Shown piece after piece: positions 46,399 through 56,385 of a DNA stretch of 64,000 bases. Each line of letters starts with the position of its first letter. Within the stretch, counting starts at the first letter, position 1. The translations under genes and the position numbers were made by a program. The notes under the pieces were generated by a model. That model saw only the letters and a program-made list of their open reading frames with translations. It made no database searches and had not been told where the DNA came from. Source of the stretch: Pseudomonadota bacterium (GTDB taxonomy: Bacteria; Pseudomonadota; Alphaproteobacteria; Rhodobacterales; Rhodobacteraceae); the NCBI GenBank assembly GCA_039184865.1, contig JBCDAV010000014.1:21549-85548 (forward strand), in the 5' to 3' direction.

Positions 46399-47519
46399 CA
46401 GATGCAACGGTGATGATCAGCCGCGCGAGAGACTTCGCACGCGATACCCTCGCGCCGAATGTCGAAGCCTGGGAACGCGCGCGGCAGTTTCCGCTTGAAG
46501 CCTTCGCGGCAGCGGCTGAGGCCGGTCTGACGGCGATCGAGACGCCGTCGGCATTCGGCGGGCTCGGGCTCCCGTTTTCTGTGAAGGCCGAGATTGCCGA
46601 GATCCTCGGCGGCGTCGATTTCGGCCTCGCCATGGCAATCCTCAACACCCAGAACGTCGCGGCAAAGATCACGCGCGATGCACCGCGCGGCGTGGCCGAA
46701 CGCTATGTCCCCGATATCCTTGCCGGGCGCCGTCTCGGCTGCACTGCCCTGACCGAACCCAGCGCGGGATCTGACTTCGCGGCAATCACGACCCGGGCCG
46801 AACGCGACAGTGACGGATGGGTGCTCCACGGTGAGAAGGCGTGGATCATCAATGCCGCGGCGGCGGACGTGATCGTGCTCTATGCCCAGACCGAACCCGG
46901 ATCGGGCGGAAAGGGCATCGCGGCCTTTCTGATCGACGGGCAGCGCGAGGGTTTTCGCCGCCTTCCGGCATTCGACGTCGCCGGCGAATTCACAATCGGG
47001 TCGGGCGGGTTCCGCCTGGACGGCTACCGCGCCAGCGCCGATGAACTGCTGCAGCCACCGGGACAGGCCTTCAAATCGGCTCTCGGCAGCATCAACGGCG
47101 CACGGATCTACGTCGCGGCCATGTGCTGCGGGATGGTCGCTTCATGCTTGAAGACCGCAGCGGTCTACGGCCGAGCGCGCCAGACCTTCGGAAAGAGGCT
47201 GGTCGACCACCAGGGCTGGCGATGGGCGCTGGCAGAGGCCGAGACGGATCTTGCGGCGGCGCGCATTATGGTGCGCGAGGCGGCCAGCCTCATCGACAAC
47301 AGCGTGCCTGCCATGACCGAAGCCGCGCGCACCAAGATATTCGCCACGCGCATGGCCACCCGTCACATTCCCGCGCTCGCACAGCTCATGGGCGCCGAGG
47401 GCCTGCGATCGCACTATCCCTTCGGGCGCCATCAGATCGGCGCGCGGATGGCGAGCTTCACGGATGGGTCGACCGAGATGTTGCTGGAGCGCCTCGCAGC
47501 CGCCTACCTCAAGGACTAG
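46395..47519 (+). CDS. Acyl-CoA dehydrogenase family protein
   Basis: ALTEPSAGSD, GEKAWIINA, QTFGKRL, GAEG, FTDGSTEM; ATGA overlap with the MFS stop. Confidence 0.92.
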   Translation: MTDATVMISRARDFARDTLAPNVEAWERARQFPLEAFAAAAEAGLTAIETPSAFGGLGLPFSVKAEIAEILGGVDFGLAMAILNTQNVAAKITRDAPRGVAERYVPDILAGRRLGCTALTEPSAGSDFAAITTRAERDSDGWVLHGEKAWIINAAAADVIVLYAQTEPGSGGKGIAAFLIDGQREGFRRLPAFDVAGEFTIGSGGFRLDGYRASADELLQPPGQAFKSALGSINGARIYVAAMCCGMVASCLKTAAVYGRARQTFGKRLVDHQGWRWALAEAETDLAAARIMVREAASLIDNSVPAMTEAARTKIFATRMATRHIPALAQLMGAEGLRSHYPFGRHQIGARMASFTDGSTEMLLERLAAAYLKD

Positions 47520-48541
47520 GCTCCGCTCTCGCCCGTGACCCGCCAGGCCTGTAGCGCGCGCAATGCAAGCGCCGATGCGCGCGGCGCGTCGCGCTCGATG
47601 AACGGCAGCGGCCGGCAGATATCGATTGCAGCCACGCCGACGCGCGCGGTCAGTGCGCCGTTCACAGCGCCCTCGCCGAAGCGTCGCGACAGCTTGCCCA
47701 GAACGCCGCCTCCGATCAGGGGGCCGAGCAGATCGTCGGCGACCGCGACGGCCCCGGTTGCGACCAGGTGCGCAGCGACCGCCCGCATCAGCCTGAGCGA
47801 CCCGAACCACCCGGCACGGCCGCCATAGATCTCGGCGATCTCGCGCACCATTCTCAGATTGCCGGTTAGCGCCGCGAGAACGTCCACGAGCGCCAGCGGG
47901 ATCAGGGCCGTCGCCGCGGCGACCTGCCGGCTCGTCCGAACGATCACCTCCTCGGCCTCGGCATCGAGTTGCGTCATCAGATTGCGCTCGGCGAGAGCGA
48001 GCCGCCCCGACCCGTCCGGCGTATCCGCCAGCGCAGTCTCCAGCTTTTCTCGGCCCCATTGCAGATCGCGCCGCCCGCGATAAAGGCGATTGAGCGCGCT
48101 CAGGACCTCGGCCGCCGCACCGGTTGAGCCGGTATCAACAGCTTCCATCGCCCTTTCGCGGAGCGACTCGATCCGGCCCAGGCGCGCAAGGGCCGCCATC
48201 TCTCGAACGCAGATCAGCATCAGGACCACCGCCAACCCCAGCAACAGCGCGACGGCAATCCAGCCGAGCCAGTCCGACCGGGCGAGAAGGGCAACGGCGA
48301 AATCCACCGCCGAGGTGCCGGCCCAGAGTGCCGCCAATGCCACGATCAGCCCGATGGCAAGACGCCCAAGCGTCCAGCCGCCGGACGAAGCGGCCGCCGT
48401 GATCATCCGGCCCGACGCTGACTGTTCCCCGGCCCCCAGCACACGGTCCGCCAGCGGCGGCGCATCGGCGGGCGCGGGCGCATCGGGCAGCGCTTCCGCC
48501 TCGACTTCGATGATTACCGGGCCCTTGGGCGATCCGTTCAT
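47516..48541 (-). CDS. ycjF: YcjF family membrane protein (TIGR01620-like)
   Basis: TALIPLALVDV, SRRFGEGAVNGALTARVG, CRPLPF; directly downstream of ycjX. Confidence 0.92.
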   Translation of the reverse strand: MNGSPKGPVIIEVEAEALPDAPAPADAPPLADRVLGAGEQSASGRMITAAASSGGWTLGRLAIGLIVALAALWAGTSAVDFAVALLARSDWLGWIAVALLLGLAVVLMLICVREMAALARLGRIESLRERAMEAVDTGSTGAAAEVLSALNRLYRGRRDLQWGREKLETALADTPDGSGRLALAERNLMTQLDAEAEEVIVRTSRQVAAATALIPLALVDVLAALTGNLRMVREIAEIYGGRAGWFGSLRLMRAVAAHLVATGAVAVADDLLGPLIGGGVLGKLSRRFGEGAVNGALTARVGVAAIDICRPLPFIERDAPRASALALRALQAWRVTGESGA

Positions 48542-48545
48542 GGTC

Positions 48546-49988
48546 TCAATCCAACTTGTCGCCGATCAGGAATTCCAGCGCCCGATCGAGCCTGATATGG
48601 GGCGGCCCGTCCCCGGCTGCATCTCCCCAGCGCGGCGGGGCAAGCACCGGGCGCGCGAATGCGTGGCCGCCCGACCAGTCCGCCGGCGCTAGGCCCGGCG
48701 CCGAAACGCTCGCGCCATTCAGCACCTCGGTGACATCTGTGGGCACATCGCCTGGATAAAGCGCGATCTCCTTGCCATCGGACATTCTGGTGCCGCGCAC
48801 CAGCGCAAGCTCCGATCCGTCGCGCGTCAGTCGTTGTTCCGAACTCGCGCGGATGGCCGCGATCGACATCGCCGCCGTCTCAGCCCCTGCAAAGGCCGCC
48901 GAGGCACGTGCGCGATCGAGCATCGCCTCGGTCAACTGAGTCAATCGACCGTGCTGTTCGTGGTGCAAATGATCCGCCTTCGACGCCGCGAACAAGATGC
49001 GATCGATCCGGCGCCCCCCGAGGATCCTGTCGAGCCAACCGTTCTGGCCATGGCGAAACACGCTCAGCGTCTCTCCCATCGCCGCCGTCAGGTCGCCGAG
49101 CGCGCGCGGTCCGGCGGCGAGCGCGCCGAGCACATCGACGAGAACCACCTGCCGATCGAGCCGGGCGAAGTGGTTCTGGAAGAACGGCTTCACGACGACG
49201 CGCTTGTAGGCCTCGAAACGGCGAGACATTTCGCCCGCCAGGCTTCCGCGTCTGGGCCGCCCATCGACGGGGACCGGTGCAAAGGTGAGCGCCGGAGAGC
49301 CGTCGAGATCTCCCGGCATCAGAAACCGCCCGGGTGCCAGCGCAGACAACCCCGCCTGGCGGCACTGTCCGAGGTATCTTCGGAACTCTTCCGAGAGGCG
49401 CGCGGATACGCTCTCGTCATGCGGCAAATCGGCGTCGATGCCGGCGAGACCATCGAGATATGGCCCGCCGAATTCCTGCCGCGCAGGCTCGCTCGCGATG
49501 CGCAAGGCGTCGCGGGACCAGGTCTCGTAATCGACATCGAGGAGCGGCAGATCCAGCAACCACTCGCCGGGATAGTCGACGATATCGATGTGCAGCGTGC
49601 GGGTGCCAGTCACGACGGAAAAAAGCCCAGCAGGCCGGACTTTCATCGAAAGCCTGAGCTGGCTGATCTGGCGGGTCGATTCCGGCCATTTCTGCGGCGT
49701 TCCCGTCAGCGACGCCACGTGATCCTCAAAGGCGAAGCGCGGCACGTCTGGGTCGGGCTGCGGGCGCAGCATCGCTGCGAGAATGCGATCCTCGGCCTCG
49801 GCTTTCAGCAATCGCATGCGGCCCCGGCGCAGAAGGCTCGCAACCAGCGACGTTATGAAGACGGTCTTGCCAGCACCGCTCAGGCCGGTGACGCCCAGGC
49901 GAAGCGTCGGCTCGAACAGTTCGTCTACGCTGCGCCACGCCTGACCCGCACCGTGCAGCAGGTCGTCTGTCCAGTCTGCGATCCCCAA
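48546..49988 (-). CDS. ycjX: YcjX family P-loop NTPase
   Basis: LRLGVTGLSGAGKTVFITSL, DIVDYPGEWLLDLPL, FARLDRQVVLVD, PHIRLDRALEFL; TTG start after GAGG at 49988. Confidence 0.93.
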   Translation of the reverse strand: MGIADWTDDLLHGAGQAWRSVDELFEPTLRLGVTGLSGAGKTVFITSLVASLLRRGRMRLLKAEAEDRILAAMLRPQPDPDVPRFAFEDHVASLTGTPQKWPESTRQISQLRLSMKVRPAGLFSVVTGTRTLHIDIVDYPGEWLLDLPLLDVDYETWSRDALRIASEPARQEFGGPYLDGLAGIDADLPHDESVSARLSEEFRRYLGQCRQAGLSALAPGRFLMPGDLDGSPALTFAPVPVDGRPRRGSLAGEMSRRFEAYKRVVVKPFFQNHFARLDRQVVLVDVLGALAAGPRALGDLTAAMGETLSVFRHGQNGWLDRILGGRRIDRILFAASKADHLHHEQHGRLTQLTEAMLDRARASAAFAGAETAAMSIAAIRASSEQRLTRDGSELALVRGTRMSDGKEIALYPGDVPTDVTEVLNGASVSAPGLAPADWSGGHAFARPVLAPPRWGDAAGDGPPHIRLDRALEFLIGDKLD

Positions 49989-50088
49989 GCCGTCCTCGCC
50001 CGCTGCTCGTAGTCCATAAATGGGCTCGACAGGCGGGAATAGAAACCCGCCCTTGCCGAAAACCGCCAATGCGCTCTATTGCGCGCCC

Positions 50089-50835
50089 ATGGCAAGGTTC
50101 AAGCTCACGGTCGAGTACCATGGAGGTCCGTTTGTCGGCTGGCAACGCCAGTCCGACGGTCTCTCGGTTCAGGGCGTGATCGAGACCGCGCTCGGCAAAC
50201 TTGCGCGGGGTGCGCAAGTCCCAAGCATTGCCGGTGCGGGCCGCACGGATGCCGGGGTCCACGCGACGGGCCAGGTCTGTCACTGCGGTTTGCCGGATGA
50301 CTGGGATCCGTTCAGGCTCTCCGAGGCGCTGAACCATCACATGAAGCCCCATCCGGTCTCGGTCGTGGCTGCAGAGAGCGTGGGCGACGATTTTCACGCG
50401 AGGTTCAGTGCGGTGCGCCGGCACTATCTCTATCGCATCGTCAACAGGCGCGCTCCGCTTGCTGTCGACGCGGGTCTTGCATGGAAGGTGGCAAATCCGC
50501 TGGATGTCGATGCGATGCATGCGGCCGCGCAGGCGCTGGTCGGTCGCCATGACTTCACGACGTACCGGTCCTCGCAATGCCAATCGACGTCACCCGAGAA
50601 GACGCTGGATCACCTGTCAGTCAGCCGAGAAGCAGATGATGTGGTCTTCCGGCTTCATGCGCGCAGCTTTCTGCACAACCAGGTCCGCTCGCTCGTGGGC
50701 ACGTTGGAGCGCGTCGGTGCCGGGAAACTTCCGATCGATGGTCCACGCAAGGCGCTCGAGGCGAGAGACCGGTCCGCTTGCGGACCCGTCGCGCCGCCCG
50801 ACGGTCTTTACCTGACTGCCGTCGATTACGAATAG
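50089..50835 (+). CDS. truA: tRNA pseudouridine(38-40) synthase
   Basis: [37 protein letters not shown]. Confidence 0.97.
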   Translation: MARFKLTVEYHGGPFVGWQRQSDGLSVQGVIETALGKLARGAQVPSIAGAGRTDAGVHATGQVCHCGLPDDWDPFRLSEALNHHMKPHPVSVVAAESVGDDFHARFSAVRRHYLYRIVNRRAPLAVDAGLAWKVANPLDVDAMHAAAQALVGRHDFTTYRSSQCQSTSPEKTLDHLSVSREADDVVFRLHARSFLHNQVRSLVGTLERVGAGKLPIDGPRKALEARDRSACGPVAPPDGLYLTAVDYE

Positions 50836-50868
50836 AGATCTTTCAGACGGCGAGCCCGCCGCCCGGGA

Positions 50869-52149
50869 TCAGGAGACAGTCAGCAACAGAGCCGAAATGT
50901 CGTCATCGAATTGATTGGTCCCGGCAAAGCGCTCCATATCGCCCAGAATCCGTTCGAGCGTCGCGCGCTCGCCGTAACCGGAATGACGCTCCAGCATGTC
51001 TTTCAGGCCGTCTTCGTCGAGCATGTTTCCCTTGGCATCCTCGGCCTCGGTGATGCCGTCCGAATACATCATCATACGGTCGCCCGGGTCGAGACGCACG
51101 ACCGAGGTTTCGTAATCCATGCCCGGGATCAGGCCGATCGGCGCGCCGCCGCCGCCGACAAACTCGACCTTGCCCGATGCACGGATGATGGCCGGGTTCG
51201 GCTGGCCTGCCTGGCAGAACCGGGTCAGCCCCGAGTCGAGATTGATGTCGGCGAAGATCATCGTGAAGTACTGGTCGCTGTCCACTTCGTCCTGCAGGCG
51301 CTCGTTCAGTTCGGACGCAATGGCCGACGGATCGCGCGAAACGAACTCGCCATTGGGCAGGCGCCGGATCGCGATGTTCTCGTCGAGATGCTGTGCGTTG
51401 AAATAGTTCGACAGGCGCGCAGTCATCAACGCCGATGAGACGCCGTGCCCCGACACATCGATCGCGTATGCCGCAATCCGGCTGTCGGATATCTTGAAGA
51501 AGCCGAGCAGGTCGCCGCCGACATGGTGCGAGGGTTGGTAGATCAGGCCGATCTTCACGGGCCCGCAATAGGTCTGCGCCTCCGGGATCAGGGACTTCTG
51601 CAGCCGCGCTGCCGCTTTCAGATCGCGATCGATGCTCTGATAGATCGCGTTCAACCGGTCGAACGCATCGGTGATCCGCCGGTTCTTGTCGACGAGATCG
51701 TCCTGCATCATGATCAGCCGCTGACCGGCCCGGAGCCGGGCGTGCAACTCGCCCATGTCCATCGGCTTCGTGAGAAAGTCGTCGGCGCCGGCATCGAGAC
51801 CCGCGGTGACCTCTTCCTTCGAGGTCTTCGAGGTCAGCAGGATGAAGTAGATATAGTTTTCCTGTCCCAGCGCCCGCACCTCACGGCACAGCTCGGGACC
51901 CGACATCTCGGGCATCATCCAGTCGCTGATGACGAAATCGATGCTCTGGGACCGAACGGTCTCGAGCGCGCTGACGCCGTCGGACGCCTCGACCACGTCG
52001 AAATTCCACTTTCGCAAGAGCAGTTTGAGCATCTTGCGCTGCGCCGACGAATCGTCGACGACCAGCGCGACGAGTTTACGAAACGCACGGGTCTCGTTGG
52101 CGTCGAATACGGAGTCCTCGGTGTCTTCGTTTATCTCGGGCGCCATCAT
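50869..52149 (-). CDS. Response-regulator receiver plus PP2C/SpoIIE phosphatase (RsbU/RbaY-like)
   Basis: LVVDD, ISDWMMPEMSG, DDFLTKP; then VGGDLLG, IDVSGHGVSSA, YSDGITEA, DDISAL. Confidence 0.93.
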   Translation of the reverse strand: MMAPEINEDTEDSVFDANETRAFRKLVALVVDDSSAQRKMLKLLLRKWNFDVVEASDGVSALETVRSQSIDFVISDWMMPEMSGPELCREVRALGQENYIYFILLTSKTSKEEVTAGLDAGADDFLTKPMDMGELHARLRAGQRLIMMQDDLVDKNRRITDAFDRLNAIYQSIDRDLKAAARLQKSLIPEAQTYCGPVKIGLIYQPSHHVGGDLLGFFKISDSRIAAYAIDVSGHGVSSALMTARLSNYFNAQHLDENIAIRRLPNGEFVSRDPSAIASELNERLQDEVDSDQYFTMIFADINLDSGLTRFCQAGQPNPAIIRASGKVEFVGGGGAPIGLIPGMDYETSVVRLDPGDRMMMYSDGITEAEDAKGNMLDEDGLKDMLERHSGYGERATLERILGDMERFAGTNQFDDDISALLLTVS

Positions 52150-52198
52150 CAACGCTCTCCATCCCTGTGCTTTGATAGCTTGGTTCGGATACCTGGCA

Positions 52199-52642
52199 TC
52201 AGGCGCTGAATGTCTTTTCCAACCGCAGAATGTTGCAGCCGTCGCGACGTTCGTATTCGACCGTGTCCATCTGGCTGCGGATCAGCATCCAGCCGAAGCC
52301 CCCTTCGGGCAATTCGTCGAGTTCGTCGGAGTCGAATTCGCAACTGCCATCCGGCAGCTTGCCGCCGGGCATCGGCTTGCCCTCGTCGATCAGCATCACC
52401 TCGTAGCGGTCGGATTTCAACCGGACGTCGGCGAAGATCGGGCGACCCTCGGCACCCTCGTAGGCGTGCTCGACGATGTTGTTCAAAGCCTCGGCGAGGC
52501 AAAGTCTGAGCACGTCGATCGCGTCCGGGCTGGACACCTTGCGGTTCTTGCAGAGATCGCTGACCTCTTCCGCCAGCGTCGCCACATTCTCGAAGGAACT
52601 TCCGATGGAGAAGCGAACCTGATCTCCCGCAGTAGCACTCAT
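52199..52642 (-). CDS. Anti-sigma factor / GHKL Ser kinase (RsbW/RbaW-like)
   Basis: EALNNIVEHAY (N box), IDEGKPM (G1), EGGFGWMLI (G2); start at MSATAG. Confidence 0.9.
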   Translation of the reverse strand: MSATAGDQVRFSIGSSFENVATLAEEVSDLCKNRKVSSPDAIDVLRLCLAEALNNIVEHAYEGAEGRPIFADVRLKSDRYEVMLIDEGKPMPGGKLPDGSCEFDSDELDELPEGGFGWMLIRSQMDTVEYERRDGCNILRLEKTFSA

Positions 52643-52665
52643 CAAAAAGCCCTCGCCTTTCTCAC

Positions 52666-53031
52666 CTAGCCACGCGCCCGCGATGCCGAGCGCAGCGACC
52701 GTGACGCTGCAATGCACGCCTCTTTCGAGTCGCGTATCGTGAAGACCTTCTCGAGACGGGTGAGCCGGAAGATCTTGCGGACCGTGGGCTTCAGTCCGCA
52801 CAGTTCGAGCCTGCGGTGGCGTCCAAGATACTTGAGCAATCCGACGAGCGCGCCCACACCCGCACTGTCCATGAAGCCGACCGCCGACAGGTCCAGAACG
52901 TAGAAACCGCAATCGTCGCGAAACGCTTCCCGCGCTGCTTCCCGGAATTCGGCGACCGTTCGGCTGTCGAGGCGCCGTTCTTCGAGCGACATGACGACCA
53001 CGTCGCCAACCTTTTCCGAGGCAAAACGCAT
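52666..53031 (-). CDS. STAS-domain anti-sigma factor antagonist (RsbV/RbaV-like)
   Basis: VLDLSAVGFMDSAGVGALV with the phospho-acceptor Ser; IFRLTRLEKVF. Confidence 0.93.
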   Translation of the reverse strand: MRFASEKVGDVVVMSLEERRLDSRTVAEFREAAREAFRDDCGFYVLDLSAVGFMDSAGVGALVGLLKYLGRHRRLELCGLKPTVRKIFRLTRLEKVFTIRDSKEACIAASRSLRSASRARG

Positions 53032-53158
53032 TTCGCCATGCTCCTGAGTTCTGACGTCTCAGAAACGCTAGGGCGAAAGGGTAACTATCCCCTTATCTGA
53101 TCGAACAATCGCGGAGGAGCACAGAATCGATGGGCCGACGTGGCCCCGCACCGCCAAG

Positions 53159-53188
53159 ACCGGACTTTCGGCGCGCGCCGGTCCGGTC
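53159..53188. terminator. Hairpin at the 3' end of the DadA-like gene
   Basis: GACCGGAC ... GTCCGGTC inverted repeat abutting the stop at 53187. Confidence 0.4.
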
Positions 53189-54431
53189 AGTCGAACCGCC
53201 CGACCCGAAACGGCTCCAGGTCGGTATTCGGCGTCCGGCCGCCGATCAGATCGGCGATGATGCGCCCGGTCTTCGGCCCCGTCGTCAGGCCGATATGCTG
53301 AGCGCCAAACGCGAAATAGACACCGTCCGCTTTCGGGCTCGGGCCGATGAAGGGCACGCTGTCGACGGTCGATGGGCGGTGCCCGAGCCAGCGTTCCTCT
53401 CCGTCCCATTCCAGATCCGGATAAAGCTGGCGCACCCGCTCGTGCACGATCCGGAACGGCGCCTCGGAGGGCGCGGCGTCGAGCCCACCGAACTCGACCT
53501 GTCCGGCACAGCGCAGCCCGCCATCCATGGGCGTGGCGACAAACTTGCCGTCCGTGAGCATGTAGGGAAACGGCGGGCGGCGGCTCGGTTCCTTGAGGAC
53601 GAGGTGATAGCCGCGCTCGGTCTCCAGCATCGGCTTGTGCCCGAGGCGCTTCGCCAATTTCGCCGACCACGCCCCACCTGCCAGGATCACGCGGTCGAAC
53701 CCGTGCGCATCACCGCCAAGCCGGACGTCAGCGCCGTTCTCGCGCGGACTGATGTCGTCGACCTCGCCCTGCAGGAAGCTGCCGCCCTCGGACCTGAAAT
53801 GCCCGGCGAGCGCCGCCACATAGGCTCCGGGGTCGCTGATCCACCCGTGATCGATGTGACAGGCGGCGTAGCAGTAGTGCTCTCCGAGGTGCGGGTCCTC
53901 CTCGAGCAGCCGGGCGCGATCCCGAAACTCGACCCTGGCACCGTGTTCGCGCCGGATCGCGTGGGTCCACTCGTCGGCCTCGCACGCCGCCTGAGAGGTA
54001 TAGAGAAAGGCGTATATACCGTCCTCGATGAAGCGATCGGCCGGCGTGCCCGCGGCGATGGCCTTGTGCTGATCGACGGCATCCGTGACGATCGTCGCCA
54101 ATGCCCGCGCCGTCTTCTCGACATCCTCTCGCGTCGCGCGCCGCAGGAACGGGATCAGCCAGGGCAACAGGCGCGGCAGGTAACTCCACTTGAGATGCAG
54201 CGGACCCATGGGATCGAGCAGCATCTTTGGCACCTTCGCGAGCAGACCGGGGACCGGCACCGGGACAATCGAGCTTGCCGCCAGAATACCGGCGTTGCCG
54301 TACGAGGTTTGCGCCGCATCGCCCGGGTCATTGCGGTCGATCAGCGTCACCTGATGACCGTCGCGGCGCAGCCATTCGGCGCTCGAAACCCCGACAATGC
54401 CGGCACCGACGACGCCGATCCGCAGGCTCAT
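53187..54431 (-). CDS. FAD-dependent D-amino acid dehydrogenase/oxidase family protein (DadA-like)
   Basis: GAGIVG, TSYGNAG, ERGYHL, WLGHRPSTVDSVPFIG, GAQHIGLTTGPKTG. Confidence 0.9.
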   Translation of the reverse strand: MSLRIGVVGAGIVGVSSAEWLRRDGHQVTLIDRNDPGDAAQTSYGNAGILAASSIVPVPVPGLLAKVPKMLLDPMGPLHLKWSYLPRLLPWLIPFLRRATREDVEKTARALATIVTDAVDQHKAIAAGTPADRFIEDGIYAFLYTSQAACEADEWTHAIRREHGARVEFRDRARLLEEDPHLGEHYCYAACHIDHGWISDPGAYVAALAGHFRSEGGSFLQGEVDDISPRENGADVRLGGDAHGFDRVILAGGAWSAKLAKRLGHKPMLETERGYHLVLKEPSRRPPFPYMLTDGKFVATPMDGGLRCAGQVEFGGLDAAPSEAPFRIVHERVRQLYPDLEWDGEERWLGHRPSTVDSVPFIGPSPKADGVYFAFGAQHIGLTTGPKTGRIIADLIGGRTPNTDLEPFRVGRFD

Positions 54432-54601
54432 TCCAGACCCTCCGAGAGCAAGGCCAGCACGATGCCCAGCCCGGCGACCGAAATCAGACCGAGGCGTACC
54501 GGGCGGCCCATGAAGAAGTTCGTGACCATCCGTGCGCCGACGTAGATCATGATGCAGAGCGCGAGCGTTCTGAGCGGCGTCTCGACAATCGGCCAGTTCA
54601 T
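54428..54601 (-). CDS. Small two-helix membrane protein (57 aa)
   Basis: ATGA overlaps at both ends (with the TPP enzyme stop and the DadA-like start); two hydrophobic segments. Confidence 0.65.
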   Translation of the reverse strand: MNWPIVETPLRTLALCIMIYVGARMVTNFFMGRPVRLGLISVAGLGIVLALLSEGLE

Positions 54602-56298
54602 GCGACCCACTCGCTGACCGGAGCGGCCGCGTCCTGCAGCGGCTGGGCGATCACGTCGACCAGCGTCGGGCCGTCATGCGCGATGGCCTGGCGGAGAACA
54701 CCGTCGAGGTCCGCCGGATCCTCGACGCGCCAGCTTTTCACGCCGTAGGCCGCCGCGACCGCCGCGTGGTCGGTCCGGTTGAAGTCGACCGAAAAGTAGC
54801 GCGCGCCAAAACCCGATTTCTGCCCGGCCTTGATCCAGCCGAAAACGCTGTTGGAGAACACGACCGTGGTGATCGGCAGGCGATAGCGCGTGATGGTTTC
54901 GAATTCCCCGACGCACATGCCGAAACTGCCATCGCCTGTGGCGCAAACGACTTTCGCGTCGGGTCGGGCGAAGGCCGCCCCGATTGAAGCGCCGAGAGCA
55001 TAGCCCAGCGCACCATGTGCGCGGTTCGAGATGAAGTGGCGGCCGGGTTGGCGGATCGTCCAATAGGCCGAGAAGTACGGGCACGGCGTTCCGGGATCGG
55101 CGCAGATCACGGCCTCGGGCGGCAACAGGCGGTTCAAGGCATCGATCACGCGCTCAGGCTTGATCGGACGCTCGGTGCTGTCGGCCAGTGGACGGAAATC
55201 GGCATCCTTCAGGCGCCGGGCCTCGGCCGCGCGCTGCGCACCTTTGAAGTCCGGCATCTCGTCGACCTCGCGCAGGATCTCGTTCAGCCCTTCGAGGCAG
55301 GTCTTCGCATCGCCGATCCACGCGGCCCGCGTCGGATAGCTCGCGCCGATCACGGCCGGATCGCAGTCCATGTGCAGGATATCGGCGCCGGGAGCGGGAG
55401 AGCGCCACCGCTCCGTCGTCACCGACCCGGCCCGGCACCCGATGAACAGTACGACATCGGCCGCATCGACGACCGCGCGCGTGCCTGGACGACCGCCATT
55501 CGATCCGACGACACCCACCGCATTGGCATGGGTTTCCGCGATCCCGCCCTGCCCGCTCACGGTGGTCGCGACCGGCAGGTTCAGGCTCTCGGCGAGACGC
55601 TGAAGCTCCGCTTCCGCGCCCGAAAGCACGACACCTCCGCCGCAGATGACGACCGGATTGGAAGCATTCAGCAGTGCAGCCACGAACTCGGCGATCTGAG
55701 AGTCCTCGAGACCGATCTCGCTCCTTTGCGCCGGAAACTGACCGAAGCGCGGATCGGCCCAGATCTCGTCCTCCGGCACGGCTGCCTTCTGGGTGTCGAA
55801 CGGCAGGGCGAGGTGTGCCGCACCCGGCCGCCCGGTGGTCATCTCGCGGAAAGCGCGGCGGACGACCCGCGGCAGCGCACCGGGCTGGTCGAGCACCGCG
55901 TTCCATTTCGTCAGCGGCCCGAACAGCGCCTTCTGATCCAGCTCCGTCAGCGGGAACCGTCCGGCCGACGTCGTCGCAACATCTGTCGTGATCGCGAGGA
56001 CCGGCACCGAGCTTTCGTTCGCCTCGACAAGGCCCGGGGCGATATAGGTCGCGCCGCCGCCCGAGGGGCCTTCGCAGACGCCGACTTTGCCGGTGAGCCG
56101 CGCATAGGCATCGGCCATGTAGGCCGCGTGACGCTCGTCGCGGGTAAGGATGTGCTGCATCGGATGATCGAGGCGCGCCAGCGCATCGTAGAACGGCAAC
56201 GACGTGTCGCCGCACAGCCCGAAGACGTGCCGCACGCCGTGATCGGCGAGCAGGCGGACCATGGCCTCGGCACCGGTCGGTTGATTGGATGCGGTCAC
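54598..56298 (-). CDS. Thiamine-pyrophosphate-dependent enzyme (acetolactate synthase/decarboxylase-like)
   Basis: RDERHAAYMADAYAR, GDGSFGM...FSNSVFG TPP motif; GTG start 6 nt after GGAG. Confidence 0.92.
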   Translation of the reverse strand: MTASNQPTGAEAMVRLLADHGVRHVFGLCGDTSLPFYDALARLDHPMQHILTRDERHAAYMADAYARLTGKVGVCEGPSGGGATYIAPGLVEANESSVPVLAITTDVATTSAGRFPLTELDQKALFGPLTKWNAVLDQPGALPRVVRRAFREMTTGRPGAAHLALPFDTQKAAVPEDEIWADPRFGQFPAQRSEIGLEDSQIAEFVAALLNASNPVVICGGGVVLSGAEAELQRLAESLNLPVATTVSGQGGIAETHANAVGVVGSNGGRPGTRAVVDAADVVLFIGCRAGSVTTERWRSPAPGADILHMDCDPAVIGASYPTRAAWIGDAKTCLEGLNEILREVDEMPDFKGAQRAAEARRLKDADFRPLADSTERPIKPERVIDALNRLLPPEAVICADPGTPCPYFSAYWTIRQPGRHFISNRAHGALGYALGASIGAAFARPDAKVVCATGDGSFGMCVGEFETITRYRLPITTVVFSNSVFGWIKAGQKSGFGARYFSVDFNRTDHAAVAAAYGVKSWRVEDPADLDGVLRQAIAHDGPTLVDVIAQPLQDAAAPVSEWVA

Positions 56299-56385
56299 GA
56301 GTTGCTCCGTTGGGACGCAGCGACGCTTACGCGCGCCCCGGAACATGTCAAGCGGCGGGCAGCGACGTGCCCCCTGTGCGGAGAC

